The position numbers and the translations under genes are program-made. Source: Iphione sp. A-MEVVRFRX5 (lineage: Eukaryota). From it: 64,000 nt of DNA. The notes beneath the pieces were generated by a model. The model had not been told where the DNA came from and ran no database searches. It saw nothing but the letters and a program-made list of their open reading frames with translations. Below, piece by piece: positions 10,007 to 22,700 of the stretch (within the stretch, counting starts at the first letter, position 1; every line of letters starts with the position of its first letter). The stretch covers positions 112,282,001 to 112,346,000 of the forward strand of contig OZ320313.1 of assembly GCA_976226885.1 (NCBI GenBank), read 5' to 3'.

Positions 10007-12527
10007 TATTGCACATGTATTATAGCATCGCATGCAGATGGGTTTTGTAAGGGGAAACCCACAACTGACAATTATCCTGTTTCCTCTCACAATCATGGTC
10101 CATGAACAGTACACAGTAACTTTACTTAAAAAGCCTCACTATTTTTCATGTAATGATCTTTTTAAAAATTTGCAGTCTGGTAGATAGAACCTTGCACTTT
10201 CCTACAAAGTGTAAACCAAGTTTCTATCTTATATATTTTTATTTTTTACAAATCTTTCAAAGATCTAAAACATTAGCATTCAGTGAGGGTATTAGATAGT
10301 AGAAAGGAACATACACCAAAAGAAAGCCTGATCAGTCAGCTTTAATTTGATGTACAGCGGAGACCCTCACAACGGACACCTGAACACTGTGGATGACTCC
10401 CTCTATAGATGCTTTGAGGACAGTCCGTATGAAAACCCTCTATATCATGATTAACACAGCCCAGACACATCAACACTCAGTTACAGTGGACACCTACCTC
10501 TGGACACTTATTTTACAGCCCCATAGAGTGATTTTACAGGGTCTACAGTGGACAGTGACACTAAGGAGAGGCGCGACTTCATCCTTCACACCAACTGGCT
10601 TTTGCCCCCTTTGAGGGATATCAACACCCAAGAGAGACGGGACTTCGTCCCTCACACCAAGAAGGAACCAGTCCCGTCCCTCCTTTGAGGGGTATCAACA
10701 CCCAAGAGAGGTGTGACCTTGGCCTGACACCCTGGAAGAGGTGTCCCTCACACCTTAGGGGCCCTGAAGCATACATAAACTCCTCCAGAATGCCAGTGGA
10801 ATCATTTGTCTCTTCGTTGCCATCAGTCTGCTGCTGCTGACTGTCCTTCTGCCACTGCTCACCATCCTTCTACCACTGTCCACCGTCAGTCTATCCCTGC
10901 CCGCCATCAGTCTGCCACTGCTGGTCATTCTTATTAAACTGGGATTATTACTTGTTTATTCTTTTCTAATAACATCAATTACACAGGCAATTGTCTAGGG
11001 GAACAAAAGGAGACAAAGAGTTCCTAAACATTGATTGCATGTACATGTATTATTGATCTCTAATCATTTCTCATTGGAATATATACAAAGTGCAGATCGG
11101 CTACAGCAGACACTCACAACAATGGATGCTTTTACATCAGTCCGTTAAAAGTCCACTGTAGAGGGTTTTTACTGCATGACATGTATATATTTTTTATGAA
11201 TTAGGTATGAGGGAAATCAGGTGAAACTAGCTACTCCCCACCCTCTGCATACCAACTGTTCATATTCATACTGCTTGTTTTGTGATGTAAGCCTAACATA
11301 ATTCATAAAAGTACTTTTTTAATGTTATCCCTGAATTTGTCATATCTGAAAACCTCTTTGTGTAAAGTTTCATGATTCAGAAAAATGTTTAGGAAAATCT
11401 AAAATCTGTATTGTTCCTATGGGACAATATTTCACCGAATTCTTCCCTTTTTGTGGTATGAAACCTTTTGTAATTCAACAACAACTTGCAGAATTTCAAA
11501 AATTGAAAAAACAAAATGAAGGAGAGGGTGTGCTCCATCTATATTATATAATGTTAATGTCATAGAAGAGATTTTAAAAAATGATGCCACATTGCTATGT
11601 ATTGTGCGTGTATTTTGCATGTAACATGTTTTCTACATGTATCCTTAAGAATACACGATGTCCTGAATGTGCACCAGGTCATAATGGGCACTGTCTCCAA
11701 CTCCAGCAAGGTAGACTAGCTGGCCGTCTCCATTGGGTTAAACCTAGGTAAGAGCTGTACTAAGTGAACCTAACTCAAGTTAGGTACTATCCCTATGTGA
11801 GCGGGTTATACATCTGCCACTGTCTGGGCTGTCCGCACCTTCCTGCCACTTGGGGCAAGGCTCATTCCCATGTACATGGGTTATATGCACTGTCTATATT
11901 TTTAAACATTTCAAAAGGAAAGTGAGGCTTATTGCTGGAAAAACTGTGTCTTTTTGTTGAATGTGAGGCATATCAATGGACATTTTGCAGCTTTTTGTTG
12001 AAAGAAAGGCATATCAGTGACAATTTTGTGGCTTTTATGTAAATGGTATGCAAATTAGTAACAAAAGAACTATACATGTTTTAAAGCATTTAACATATGT
12101 TTAACATATCTTAAAAGCCTATTCCCAGCATACACAAGGTGGCATGGACCAGGCAGACCATACCATCCCTGATCAACATGCACACACCCGGTTGTGAGTA
12201 TGGGTAGTCCGTGCCCATGGGGATAGTTCTATGTTGATTGCCTCATCCAGTATCCCCACCCTCCCTGCCACCAGTGGTGGGTCTGGCTAGTCCATGCACA
12301 TGGGGATAGCACCTTAAAGGTGACCTTGCACCCTGGATTTCCAAATTACAATGTACATATGTCTGTGGGTCCTTGGTAATGCTTTATACTCAAGCATCTG
12401 TAAGCTGATTGGTGCAAAATATTCCATTCTATTATCAGAGAACAACACAGTATCAGTTTCATTCCATACTTCACGACAATTAGATATCCTTGTTGGTCAT
12501 GTGACATACATGCCTACAATAAATATA

Positions 12528-12708
12528 CAGTGGAGTCTCTATTTCCGACCACACCTATTTCCGACCATTCTTGCTATTACGACGATTTAAAGGGGAAACT
12601 AAAGTTTTGATTTGTATAATTAATACTAATCAATTAACGACCAAACCTCCTATTCTGACCATTTTGGGGGGGGGACCCTACCACTGGTCGGAAATAGAGA
12701 CTCCACTG
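12528..12708. mobile_element. Tc1/mariner-type MITE
   Basis: Perfect 24-bp TIRs CAGTGGAGTCTCTATTTCCGACCA / TGGTCGGAAATAGAGACTCCACTG, with TA on both flanks. 181 bp long. Confidence 0.82.
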
Positions 12709-12929
12709 TAATTCCTGTGTGGCCAATAAATCAGTCTGTCCTTGAAGCTACCTTGTGGAATTATATCTTTCCTAGATTTATAACTGGACATACCCATTTG
12801 GATTTACAATATGGTTTTCTTCACATGCATGTCAACACTTACTATTAGTTACCACCTGACAATCTCATGAGTTAATATTGATTTATATCAGTATCTTCAT
12901 AAACTAAAAGATACAAAAACACTTTGGAC

Positions 12930-13700
12930 AACGGCTAGTACTGATCACCACACATAATTCCTGCAACTCACCATTACAACAAATGATTGACAACATTGGG
13001 ACATACTGGGAAAGACCAAAACCACAGAATTCCTACTGGACACAAAACTTATCTATGGGAAAAGACAGAACCAAACTTATCAGACTATTTGGTCTGAGCA
13101 TGCTTACAATTGAACAGTGCATCACAGACACTGAAATCTAAGATGCATAACAAATGCAAAAACCCGTGCAAATGCAACCTATGCCCTAGCCTAAATAAGA
13201 CTGGCACTGTCAAAGACCCACATATAGGGAAAGAGACCCACACTTACCAAAACATCACATGCTGCAGTCACAACTTCATATACATGATCACATGCATTAC
13301 CTGCAGCATCCAATATGTTGGCCAAACTCAACAAACACTACGCAAAAGTTTTAACAGACACCGGTATGATATCAAACACAAGAAGGATACAACTGTCAGC
13401 CAACACTTCAATGCATACCCACACAATAAACCAGCAGGTTGGTCAGGGTGTCTAGTCTCAGTCTTAGAATTTCTCATAACTGACCCATCAAGGCACCCAG
13501 AAAACATCAAGAGAAACTAGAGAGGAGATGGATTCACCACCTACATACGGTGATCCCCAGTGGCCGAAACTTGCTGGACTGATCCGATGGGACTTGGTGA
13601 GTTGTCAGTTGTTGAATCTTCAACGAGACAAACCTAACCAAGCCACAGATTAAATAAATCTGAACTAAAATGTGCCTGAGAAGACCATACAATCAAAACA
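12930..13700 (+). mobile_element. Penelope-like element remnant (GIY-YIG endonuclease domain and 3' end)
   Basis: CKCNLC..ITCCSHNFIYMITCITCSIQYVGQTQQTLRKSFNRHRYDIK..VSQHFN, followed by ERRWIHHLHTVIPSGRNL. The upstream NNWDILGK..QNLSDYLV linker is also present. Confidence 0.85.
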
Positions 13701-13954
13701 ACAATGATCCCATACAGACCAAAGGATACCCTGTAGCAAGACCTAATCTCTCAAATAAAATTGGACCAAAATTATTTCCAAATCCAGTAGGTAATTTCAC
13801 TGAGATTCAGAATGATAGGAATTAAACTTCTTTTGAAAACCTAGAATATATGCTGAATAGTCGTTTGCTACTTACTTGCATGAAAATTGATTTTTCACCA
13901 ACATATGTGACCCCGCTAAGACTTTGTTCTAACTTCGTCTGTCGCCAACCAGCT

Positions 13955-14061
13955 CTAGCCAGTCTATATTCTGACCAAAGGCCATTTGTGCCCAGTTTGG
14001 CCAGCATTCTCCGTATCGTGTCTGCTGGCTTATAGCCTCCAACAGTGCTTAGGAAACCAAC
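13955..14061 (-). pseudogene. Exon-like fragment resembling DUF4806-type (transposon-associated) proteins
   Basis: After a TTTGTTCTTCAG acceptor the frame reads VGFLSTVGGYKPADTIRRMLAKLGTNGLWSEY. From memory this matches the GG..TIRRMxxKLGTNxLWSxY motif. Not verified by search. Confidence 0.4.
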
Positions 14062-14074
14062 CTGAAGAACAAAA

Positions 14075-14840
14075 TATTTTAAAGGTAGGATCATAGGTAG
14101 TAATATATATGTGGTAGTAGTGCATATAAAACAGGCCCTATCCTACACTGGGGAGTGAGAGTGACATACATATATACACCACATAAAATATCTGGACACA
14201 TTTTAAAGGTAGGTTCATAAGTAGTAATATATGTGTGGCAGTAGTGCATATAAAACAGGCCCTACCTACACTGGGGAGTGAGAGTGACATACACATATAC
14301 ACCACATAAAATATCTGGACACATTTTAAAGGTAGGATCATAGGTAGTAATATATATGCGGTAGTACTACATATAAAACAGGCCCTACCCTACACTGGGG
14401 AGTGAGAGTGACATACACATTTTACACCACATAAAATATCTGGACACATTTTAAAGGTAGGATCATAAGTAGTAATATATGTGTGGTAGTAGTGCATATA
14501 AAACAGGCCCTATCCTACACTGGGGAATGAGAGTGACATACACATATACACCACATAAAATATCTGGACACATTTTTAAAGGTAGGATCATATAGGTAGT
14601 AATATATATGTGGTAGTAGTGCATATAAAACAGGCCCTATCCTACACTGGGGAGTGAGAGTGACATACACATTTACACCACATAAAATATCTAGACATTT
14701 TTAAAGGTAGGGTCATAGGTAGTAATATATATGTCGTAGTACTACATACAAAACAGGCCCTATCCTACACTGGGGAGTGAGAGTGACTTACCTATACACC
14801 ACATAGAATATCTGGACACATTTTCAAAGGTAGGATCATG
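14075..14840. repeat. Tandem array with a unit of about 122 bp, about 6.3 copies
   Basis: Unit TTTTAAAGGTAGGATCATAGGTAGTAATATAT..AAAACAGGCCCTATCCTACACTGGGGAGTGAGAGTGACATAC..CACCACATAAAATATCTGGACACA is repeated head to tail with high identity and no spacers. Confidence 0.95.
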
Positions 14841-15429
14841 GGCAAGTGATTTTGCCGATCGGCGATACGTTTTGTAGGATTTCGCCCCAGTGAACATAGA
14901 TAGAGAAAAAATGATAACAGATTTGTACAGGACAGAGTGTCAGCTTTCAGAAAATATAAATTATATGGCAATCAGAGAATTAAAAGATGTCATACTGATC
15001 ACTTTTGTAGACCCACCCCTCCCTCTGGCTACTGGCACTGTCAGCTAACAACCACATGTATACTGTTGTGTGTAACATTTCGGCTGGTTTTGTGCATAAA
15101 TCAATTATAAATTATTCTCAATCCTATGTCAAAAGTATCTTGTTGTGTTTATCTAGTGTATACATGACTTAAAATGATATTCTGAACATGTTTTTAGCAC
15201 TTATAATCATATAACTTACCTCTGTACAAGGATGCACACTGGAGACAAAGGAGGAGGATTTTGGCGGGAAAACCAGTATTTGCAGCACAGCAGAAATGGG
15301 TACAGTTGAAATGTGTAATCCAACCTAAACTATGTAATCCATTTAGCAAAATATAAAACACTCTTAAAAAATAGAGACATTTTTTTTTCTAAAGTAATAA
15401 TGTTGATATAGGCATTTATAAATATAATA

Positions 15430-15599
15430 TAATTCCACCTTATTTCCACATTCAATCCACGTGGAATCAATGTTGATATTTCCACATAGAGGTGCCACAT
15501 TCTTTCCACGTGGATTCCACGTGGAAATATGGTGGAAAATAAAAAAACCTGTTTTCCACATTATTTCCACGTGGAAACCACGTGGTGTGTTTGTTGGGT
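15430..15599. repeat. Palindrome-rich element fragment with TTCCACGTGGAA-type repeats
   Basis: Several CCACGTGGAA / TTCCACA motifs ending in GTGTTTGTTGGGT. It abuts the truncated left side of MITE A copy 3. Confidence 0.55.
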
Positions 15600-15747
15600 A
15601 AGGGGGTATCGGGGGTATCGTCCGATACCCCCAGAGCAATGAATATCTATTGGGCTTTATAAGGATAGGAAAAAAAATAGTTCCACCCCAGTGGTATCAG
15701 GGGTATTGTCCGATACCCCCCCAGAAAACGTCCTGGCTACGGGCCTG
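15600..15747. mobile_element. MITE family A copy 3 (opposite orientation, one end missing)
   Basis: GGGGTATCGTCCGATACCCC palindromes and the terminal CCTGGCTACGGGCCTG are present. The other TIR was not found. Confidence 0.7.
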
Positions 15748-16724
15748 CGTTACCATTAAAATCGTTGTAGATACCAACAACATTAACACTTTCATCTTAA
15801 CTGTGCAGCCATTTAACATCTCATCATCTGTGCTCTTTGAATAGGATATTCCCCTTTCTCACTCTAGTTCACCTACTGCTTTCTATCAAACATTGCTTTT
15901 CATTTAGTATCATAAATATAGTGAGGGTCAGAGAAGCTCGTAGATATCCCATTTGTTTTGTGAGTAAACCCCAAGTCCACCGAGGATTCTAAGATCCCTA
16001 GTACGTAGGACACTATTTTTACCACGTTGGCTGCTCCGGCGGAGCACCTCCCTCATGAGGTGGGCGAAAGATCTGAGCCTCGACTATATATTCCGACTGT
16101 TTTCTGACTCGACATCCGATGGTAAATATGGGTGACCTTTGTAAGTGGATATAGCGAACTGCAGTCCGCGTGTTCCGCAGAACTGTTTCCTGGCTTGGGT
16201 ATTCTTCAAACAATGAAAATGAACCGTACGCAATGAACATGATCATTTTTTTATCTATCTTCCCATACAAATATTCTCTTGATAATACTTATTCATCCGT
16301 GCGGCTGCGTTTCCAAGCAAGGGTTTTCTTCAAATAACCGGCTTACGACATACCGACACACATTTCCTTACAATCTATATGTACTCAATACCCCAACTAA
16401 CCCTGCTGGGCAGAGTATATACACGAACTATCACACAAACTGGCTGGTAAGAGCCCCTCCCTGCAGATGCTGCTTACATCTTCCCAGAGACGTGCCGCCC
16501 TCAGACTTTCCAGCTGAAAAGGATCAACGTTGGCCAAGGCCGCTATTTTGGGCGTTCTCACCGCAGTGAGAGGCGCATGCGTAGCGCAACAGGGCCTGTC
16601 GGGAAGGAGGCACAACCTCGAGGGCCTCTTACTTCGTAGTGCAGGCGGCCAGAGACAACTGGGAGCCCAGTCAACCTCCATCTTTCCTCACTGGGCAGCA
16701 CTATCTTGAGACTACACCGCCACC

Positions 16725-19700
16725 ATGGTAAGCTCAAGATATCTATTCATGCACCATAATAATCACAACAAAATTCCGTTTGTGTGAAACATTTTAAGGG
16801 GTAGGCTATGCACCAAAGTAAATGGCCAAGTACTGAATCCATAGCATTAATTTAATTATATTTTGTTTCAGTGGGAAGTAAACTTGCCCGTAACAATCAC
16901 TAAATCAAATTTCGTTGGTGTGAACATTTTTAAGGAGTATACCCCAGAGTAAGATGCAAATTAATGAATCCATTAATTTAATTATATTTTATTTCAGTCG
17001 GAAGTAAAATTGTCGGAGGTCCAAGTGAAGGGTAAGGAAACATATGCACATAAACACAAGCGTTTATAAAGGATGTTAAACTTTGCAGTACCTGAGACGT
17101 GGACTAAGCTAATTGGCAAAGACGTATATACATACATGTGCATGTAAAGTTAAGGTCGCTGAGGTCACGGTGTCAAAAATGACGATTTGATTATAGCTGG
17201 ACGACTTATTGCAAATCTTTGGAGTTAGTCTTGGAATCTACATCACGTCCGGACAACAAAAGGACCTAAGCCAACAAGGATTCTCCGTTTCGATAAAATG
17301 AAAGATATTTAGAGGTCAAAAGCGTTCAGTGATTATAAGCAACTGTGTGAATGGCTTTGCCATTCTTTAACCTATCCTTTTGTCAAATGTACCCCCTGCC
17401 TCCCTTGGACAATACTAAGGACTTAAATACCACTGTTTGTTTGAAATCAATTGCGTAAAATCAAGGACAAAAGGACAATATGTATATTGATCATCTGTAA
17501 TGTATCATGGCAAACCAGCAGTGCAGATTAGTGGTGGAAACATTTTTGAAAGAAATTTAACCGAACCATTTTTATAAGTATGTATACGTACGTTTTATGT
17601 TATAAGTACGTGGATTTACGCTCCCGCTCAACATTTTGAGAACGGACTTGCAACCGAAGCTGGTAGCTCTCTGAGTACAACTCCTACCAGGAAATCACTC
17701 AGTGTTGCCATGACGACGGCTAACCATATTTGGAGATGGTGCCCGTGAAGCGAGCAGTCTTGAGCTCACTCCGGCCGCTGGGTAGCCTTCCGCTATACAG
17801 GAGGTACCCTGAAGCGGCCGAGTGCCAAACATTCCATCTTTGTCGAGAATATCTACACGTATTTTCGACTTTATTATGAAATGTTTTGGGCAGTGATAAA
17901 CTAAGGGCTACACGTAGAAAAATAGGCCCATGTAGCATACGCAAGTATAGGATATAAAGCTTGAGTTGAATGGGACCGAATGGGAGTTGGGAGGGCCTGC
18001 ATCGAGATGTATGGGTAGATAAGGCTTTACATGTACACCTGCGCATAACCCTAACGTGTACTACATCACTACATCATCAAATGCACATGTCGATATACAT
18101 GTGAATATGTATGTAGATATAACTTTACATGAACATGTATAAACCCCCAGGTGCACTGCAACACAGGGTCTGGGTACTCGTATGTATTTTTGAAAACCTA
18201 AGCTAAGAAAAGGAATTTTCTCAATGTAAAACGTATATATGTATGAGTATGTCTAGAGATAGTCTAGTGTATACTTCTGAATGACTCTGAAAAAATAACG
18301 GGCCATTCAGGTGCCAATTACATGTAAATGTGTACTTTTAAAAAGTAGTAGCTTCCGGTTTCTGTCATTGGAAGTAAGGTAAACCTCTCAAACTTTACAG
18401 AGAATACGATATTTCGAAAATATTACCGTTCTGAGCTGTTTGTAAAATCTGAATATAAGTAAAAGCGAAGAAATTACGTGTATGCTCATGCATGGTTTCA
18501 AGTACTTTTCACATCGTCTATTAGCGTTTGTAGTTTGCTGTACTGACGTTCAGTGTCTCTCCAATCGCAGCTGCCAAGGAAGCCTTCTCTAGTCTCGACA
18601 AGCGCGATGAAAACCAAATCAAGGTAGGTGACATCGCCACGGCCATGAAGAAACTCGGCCACAACATCAAAGTTGACTGGCTGGAGAAGATGGAGGACGA
18701 AATCGATACCGAGGGTACGTCAAATTAACTGACTTTCCTGTAATCCAGGCTAACGTGTGTATTATAAAAAAAGATATTGATTTCGTGGAACATTAAACCT
18801 TATCGTTCAGCCTACTTTAGATGAAAAAGCTTAGAAGCTCAATTTTCTAGTTTAATAATAAACTTTGTTGATAATCTGTGTAGTAAATGAAAGTTGTACT
18901 TACAGTTTACAGTAAATGAAATCTGTATATTTTACTCGCTAACATACTGAGCTTGGCAAAAATTGTGTTTTATTATATAACAGGGACTGGATACATTCAA
19001 TTCGAGGAGTTCACCGGGCTCCTCCAAAGGAAGATACAGGAGGACGAAGACGAGAAGGAGCTGAAAGAAATCTTCCGTGTGCTTGACAAGGAAAAGAAAG
19101 GAGAGGTTGATGTTAATGAGCTCAGGTCAGTTCGAGTTTGACGTTTTTCCACGCGTAAATGTTTCTTAAAAGAACATAATGTACAACGAAGTAAATTTGA
19201 TACCTTTGTGATTCAGATAGAGCCCTGTGAATGACTTTTACCGTCAAGGTGTGTCTAACCTTGAGGGGGGAAATATTCACAAAATTTTATTCATTTATAT
19301 AAATATCCCATATATCTTAATGGAAATACCATGGTCAAATCAAACAATCACGTCTCCAAATACATGGGCTGAAAGAGCACAAAGCTGGGAACTGAGTCTA
19401 TGACTTAGTATCAGTACGGTACACATAAATAGATACTTCTTTATGACAAGTGTGAAAAGAAAGGCATCAATGAACTTCCGATAAAAATAAATAGGCTTTG
19501 AATAACAACCACTAGCATCTAACTATACTAGAAGTTCGAAGTAAGCAACATGTTCAAACACAACCACGAAATTTGTGCTTTGTAACACTGCAATATACAT
19601 GTACATATATACAAACGCTGAGTCATCAAGGCTCTTTCTGTTTGGCTCACACTGAAGTATTACAAATACGTATACGTCAAATAGTAACGCCTACCTTTAC

Positions 19701-22700
19701 CATAGGTGGATTCTTAAGAACCTCGGTGATGATCTGACAGAGGATGACATCGACGACATGATCATGGATGTTGATACTGATGGAAGCGGCTGGGTAGACT
19801 ACGACGGTATGTGCGCTCTCCGTCAACATCGCATGCTACTAACTGTCGAGTAGATATGCATGCTGATCTAGGAACTTGACAGGGAAACGTGGCCATTGCG
19901 AACATTCTCCTTGCCTATGTAGGCTACTTTATGCTTCTGTTTACGTATTGGAAACGATACATTGATATATGCGTCTTTGAAAAATATAGATTATAAAGCC
20001 CCATTATTTCCTTATAAATTTAGATACATTGTAGTAGTTTTAGCACATGCAGTCCGTCAATGTTGATAAGACAGACTATCTGTGTGATGTATGAAGTGGT
20101 TAGATGCAGACATTTTTATCCTTTTGGGTTTAATTTATTTAAAAGCCTCCAGCCCAGTTTTCTTCCCTCTACCAGAAAGCTGTAATTAATTAAGCAGCAC
20201 CAATTATGAGGTCTTTTAAATGGAAACTTCTTCATACAGACATTCCCGCAAGAACAGGTTAGGCTTAATTTCCATGTACGTGTGTATCCACAGCTGTCAT
20301 GATGTTTTTCATGGTGAATTTGCAGTAGGAATATTTTCAATCCTGTGTGTGATGTGTGATGTGTAATGTGTGTGCGTGTAATATATTTTCAGAATGGGAC
20401 CAGAATGAGACCATATTTTCATGGCCATGAATGTGTATTCTGAATGGGTACTATGCTTATTTACTGGGATGAAACATGATAAACACGCTACACATGCACA
20501 CATAAGAATGGAGACACAAGAAGGCTTTACAGCACCCCGCAGTCCCCAAACACACTACATGTTATGCAGATACACATGTACATGGAAATTTAGCCTTGAT
20601 TCGAATTCATCTGGCCAAAAACGTGAAATTTCAATCATTGAAGTACATCTGTATGGAGTATCCATACAAAGAGCACGAATTACTTGAATCATAAATACGA
20701 GAAGAAAGGTATTGCCATAGAAAAAATACTGCTTTTTATTGTTGGATATAATTTTGACCATTTTCTTCTTTGATCAGGAGAGTCTAATTTTAACAACATC
20801 AGGCAGCATGTGGCTCAGCCCTCAGCTTTTAGTAACAATTTTCTAAATAATTTTTCAACTGTAACCCTGTTTTGTGTGTATTTCGTGGCAGCTTTTGGGA
20901 GCTTTAAAGTTTGCTTGAAAAATGCAAAAGGACAGATCAACAGAATGCCGCGATTATAGAGGCGAGAGTGCCAATTAGATGTAGCAAATCTAAATGGGGC
21001 AAGTTATATTTTTTACCAAGCATGGTTACATTATAGCTGCAAATTTAGCACCATATATTTACTTAAAATTACAGTTCATCCAGAAGTGCAGAAAAAAATA
21101 TTTACATCAGTCATAATCGGTTTATTGAAAATGGCCACGTAACTTTGGCAGAATGTAATCTAGAACTAGTTTGCATGGAGCATCTGCATGACACCCGAAG
21201 TGGATAGATAACTTGAAAAACTTCACTCTTGTTTCCTTCATCTGTCTGGTGTCCTTTTTTGCAATGGAGAGTAATAATTTGCAGGGAACTCCTCTCACAG
21301 ACAGCCAGATGTTGTGTTTCGTTCTGCCGTATTTGGGTGGCGGATTTCTTTGAGCCTGTAAAATTTGACCACGAAAAGTCAAGTATCCCTACATGCACGT
21401 CCTCCGCTATTCTGGGCGGAAGTATGGCGGCGGCATGAAAGATGCTGAATAAGGTATCGCTTCCTGATCACATGATGGCTCTTCGACCGGCCATCATCGT
21501 GACTGACTTCATAGACACTCACATATCCTACCTCCTTTCATGTGGCCACCACTCCCTACTCTGCGTGCCTTTTCCGACTGGCCTGGGACGCTTCATAAGA
21601 ATATGATACAGTGAACTCACCTCTGAGCACCTGCCCTGTCTTCACTCTGCTTTGTGAGGTCTCACATCCATTAAGACTGTGGCTTCTTCTTCCATCTCTA
21701 CCTCGCTGAATGAGAGCTTGACAAGGCGTGGACGATATGATTAACCCTTGATCCCTTGAAAGGTTGACTCGCAGTTTTAATTGCCGTGTGGATATGCTGC
21801 ACATGGAGATAAAATCAGCGGCATCTCTTTTACTGAGCTATCTCTTCCCACCATTTCTCTCAATGGCGAATTTGTCATACGCTATCCAGGCTCCAGCTTA
21901 TTCCTTACAGTTCCCTATGCATCTGAAGTCTGGCATTTGCACATGTGACAGAACAGCACCTTGTCAAATCAACGAGCTTTGTAAATATGCGTTACGTAAG
22001 CTATTAGTCATATCATTATTTTTCTGGCACTTTCGTCAGTAATCTCGCGCCTATACAAACTGTCTAATTAGGGTTTTCTCTTTCCATTAATTGTTGAGGG
22101 GCCAGCAATTTCACATAAACTGGCGTAAACACTTAATTGGTAATAAGCGAAGGGCAAGAAATTCTACAAAGAGGACCTTCAAATTCTACTTAGGCTTTCT
22201 CAAAGCAGACTGTCCTCCTTTAACGCAGGGCCTGCCTCAAATTCTCTTTCTCTTTCACTTTTATTTCTTTCATCTATGTTATGCCTGACAAAAGCGGTCA
22301 ACCAAGGTGCCTCACGTATATAGATTTATTTTGTTATCTATCCACAAGATAGTCTTACGTCCTGTCTGCTGTTACACCATTTCTTGTCAGGCGGTGACGT
22401 CTAACATGCATGTAGTTAAGCGTGGGTTCTACTTATATTGTCTTTCTTTGCAGAGTTCCATAAGTTGATGATGTCCTGAGGTGGATCCCTCCTTCCCGGA
22501 TAAACCCGGATAATTCCCGTTCTCTGCACGCGTTGTCGTGGATATGACCCCCCGTCTTTGTGTGAGCCCGCCAGAAAGAGCCAACTATGTACACAATCAG
22601 CAGCTTTTAAACATGACCAACTCATCATGTTGATACCTTATAGATCGTAGTACCTGGTTGCCTTGTGGTCCTATGGTAAACTAAACAATTATTTAGTTTC

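Noticed and set aside
14075-14840. Regular array as a possible CRISPR
   Set aside because: The units are contiguous near-identical 122-mers with no unique spacers, there are no cas genes, and the context is eukaryotic.
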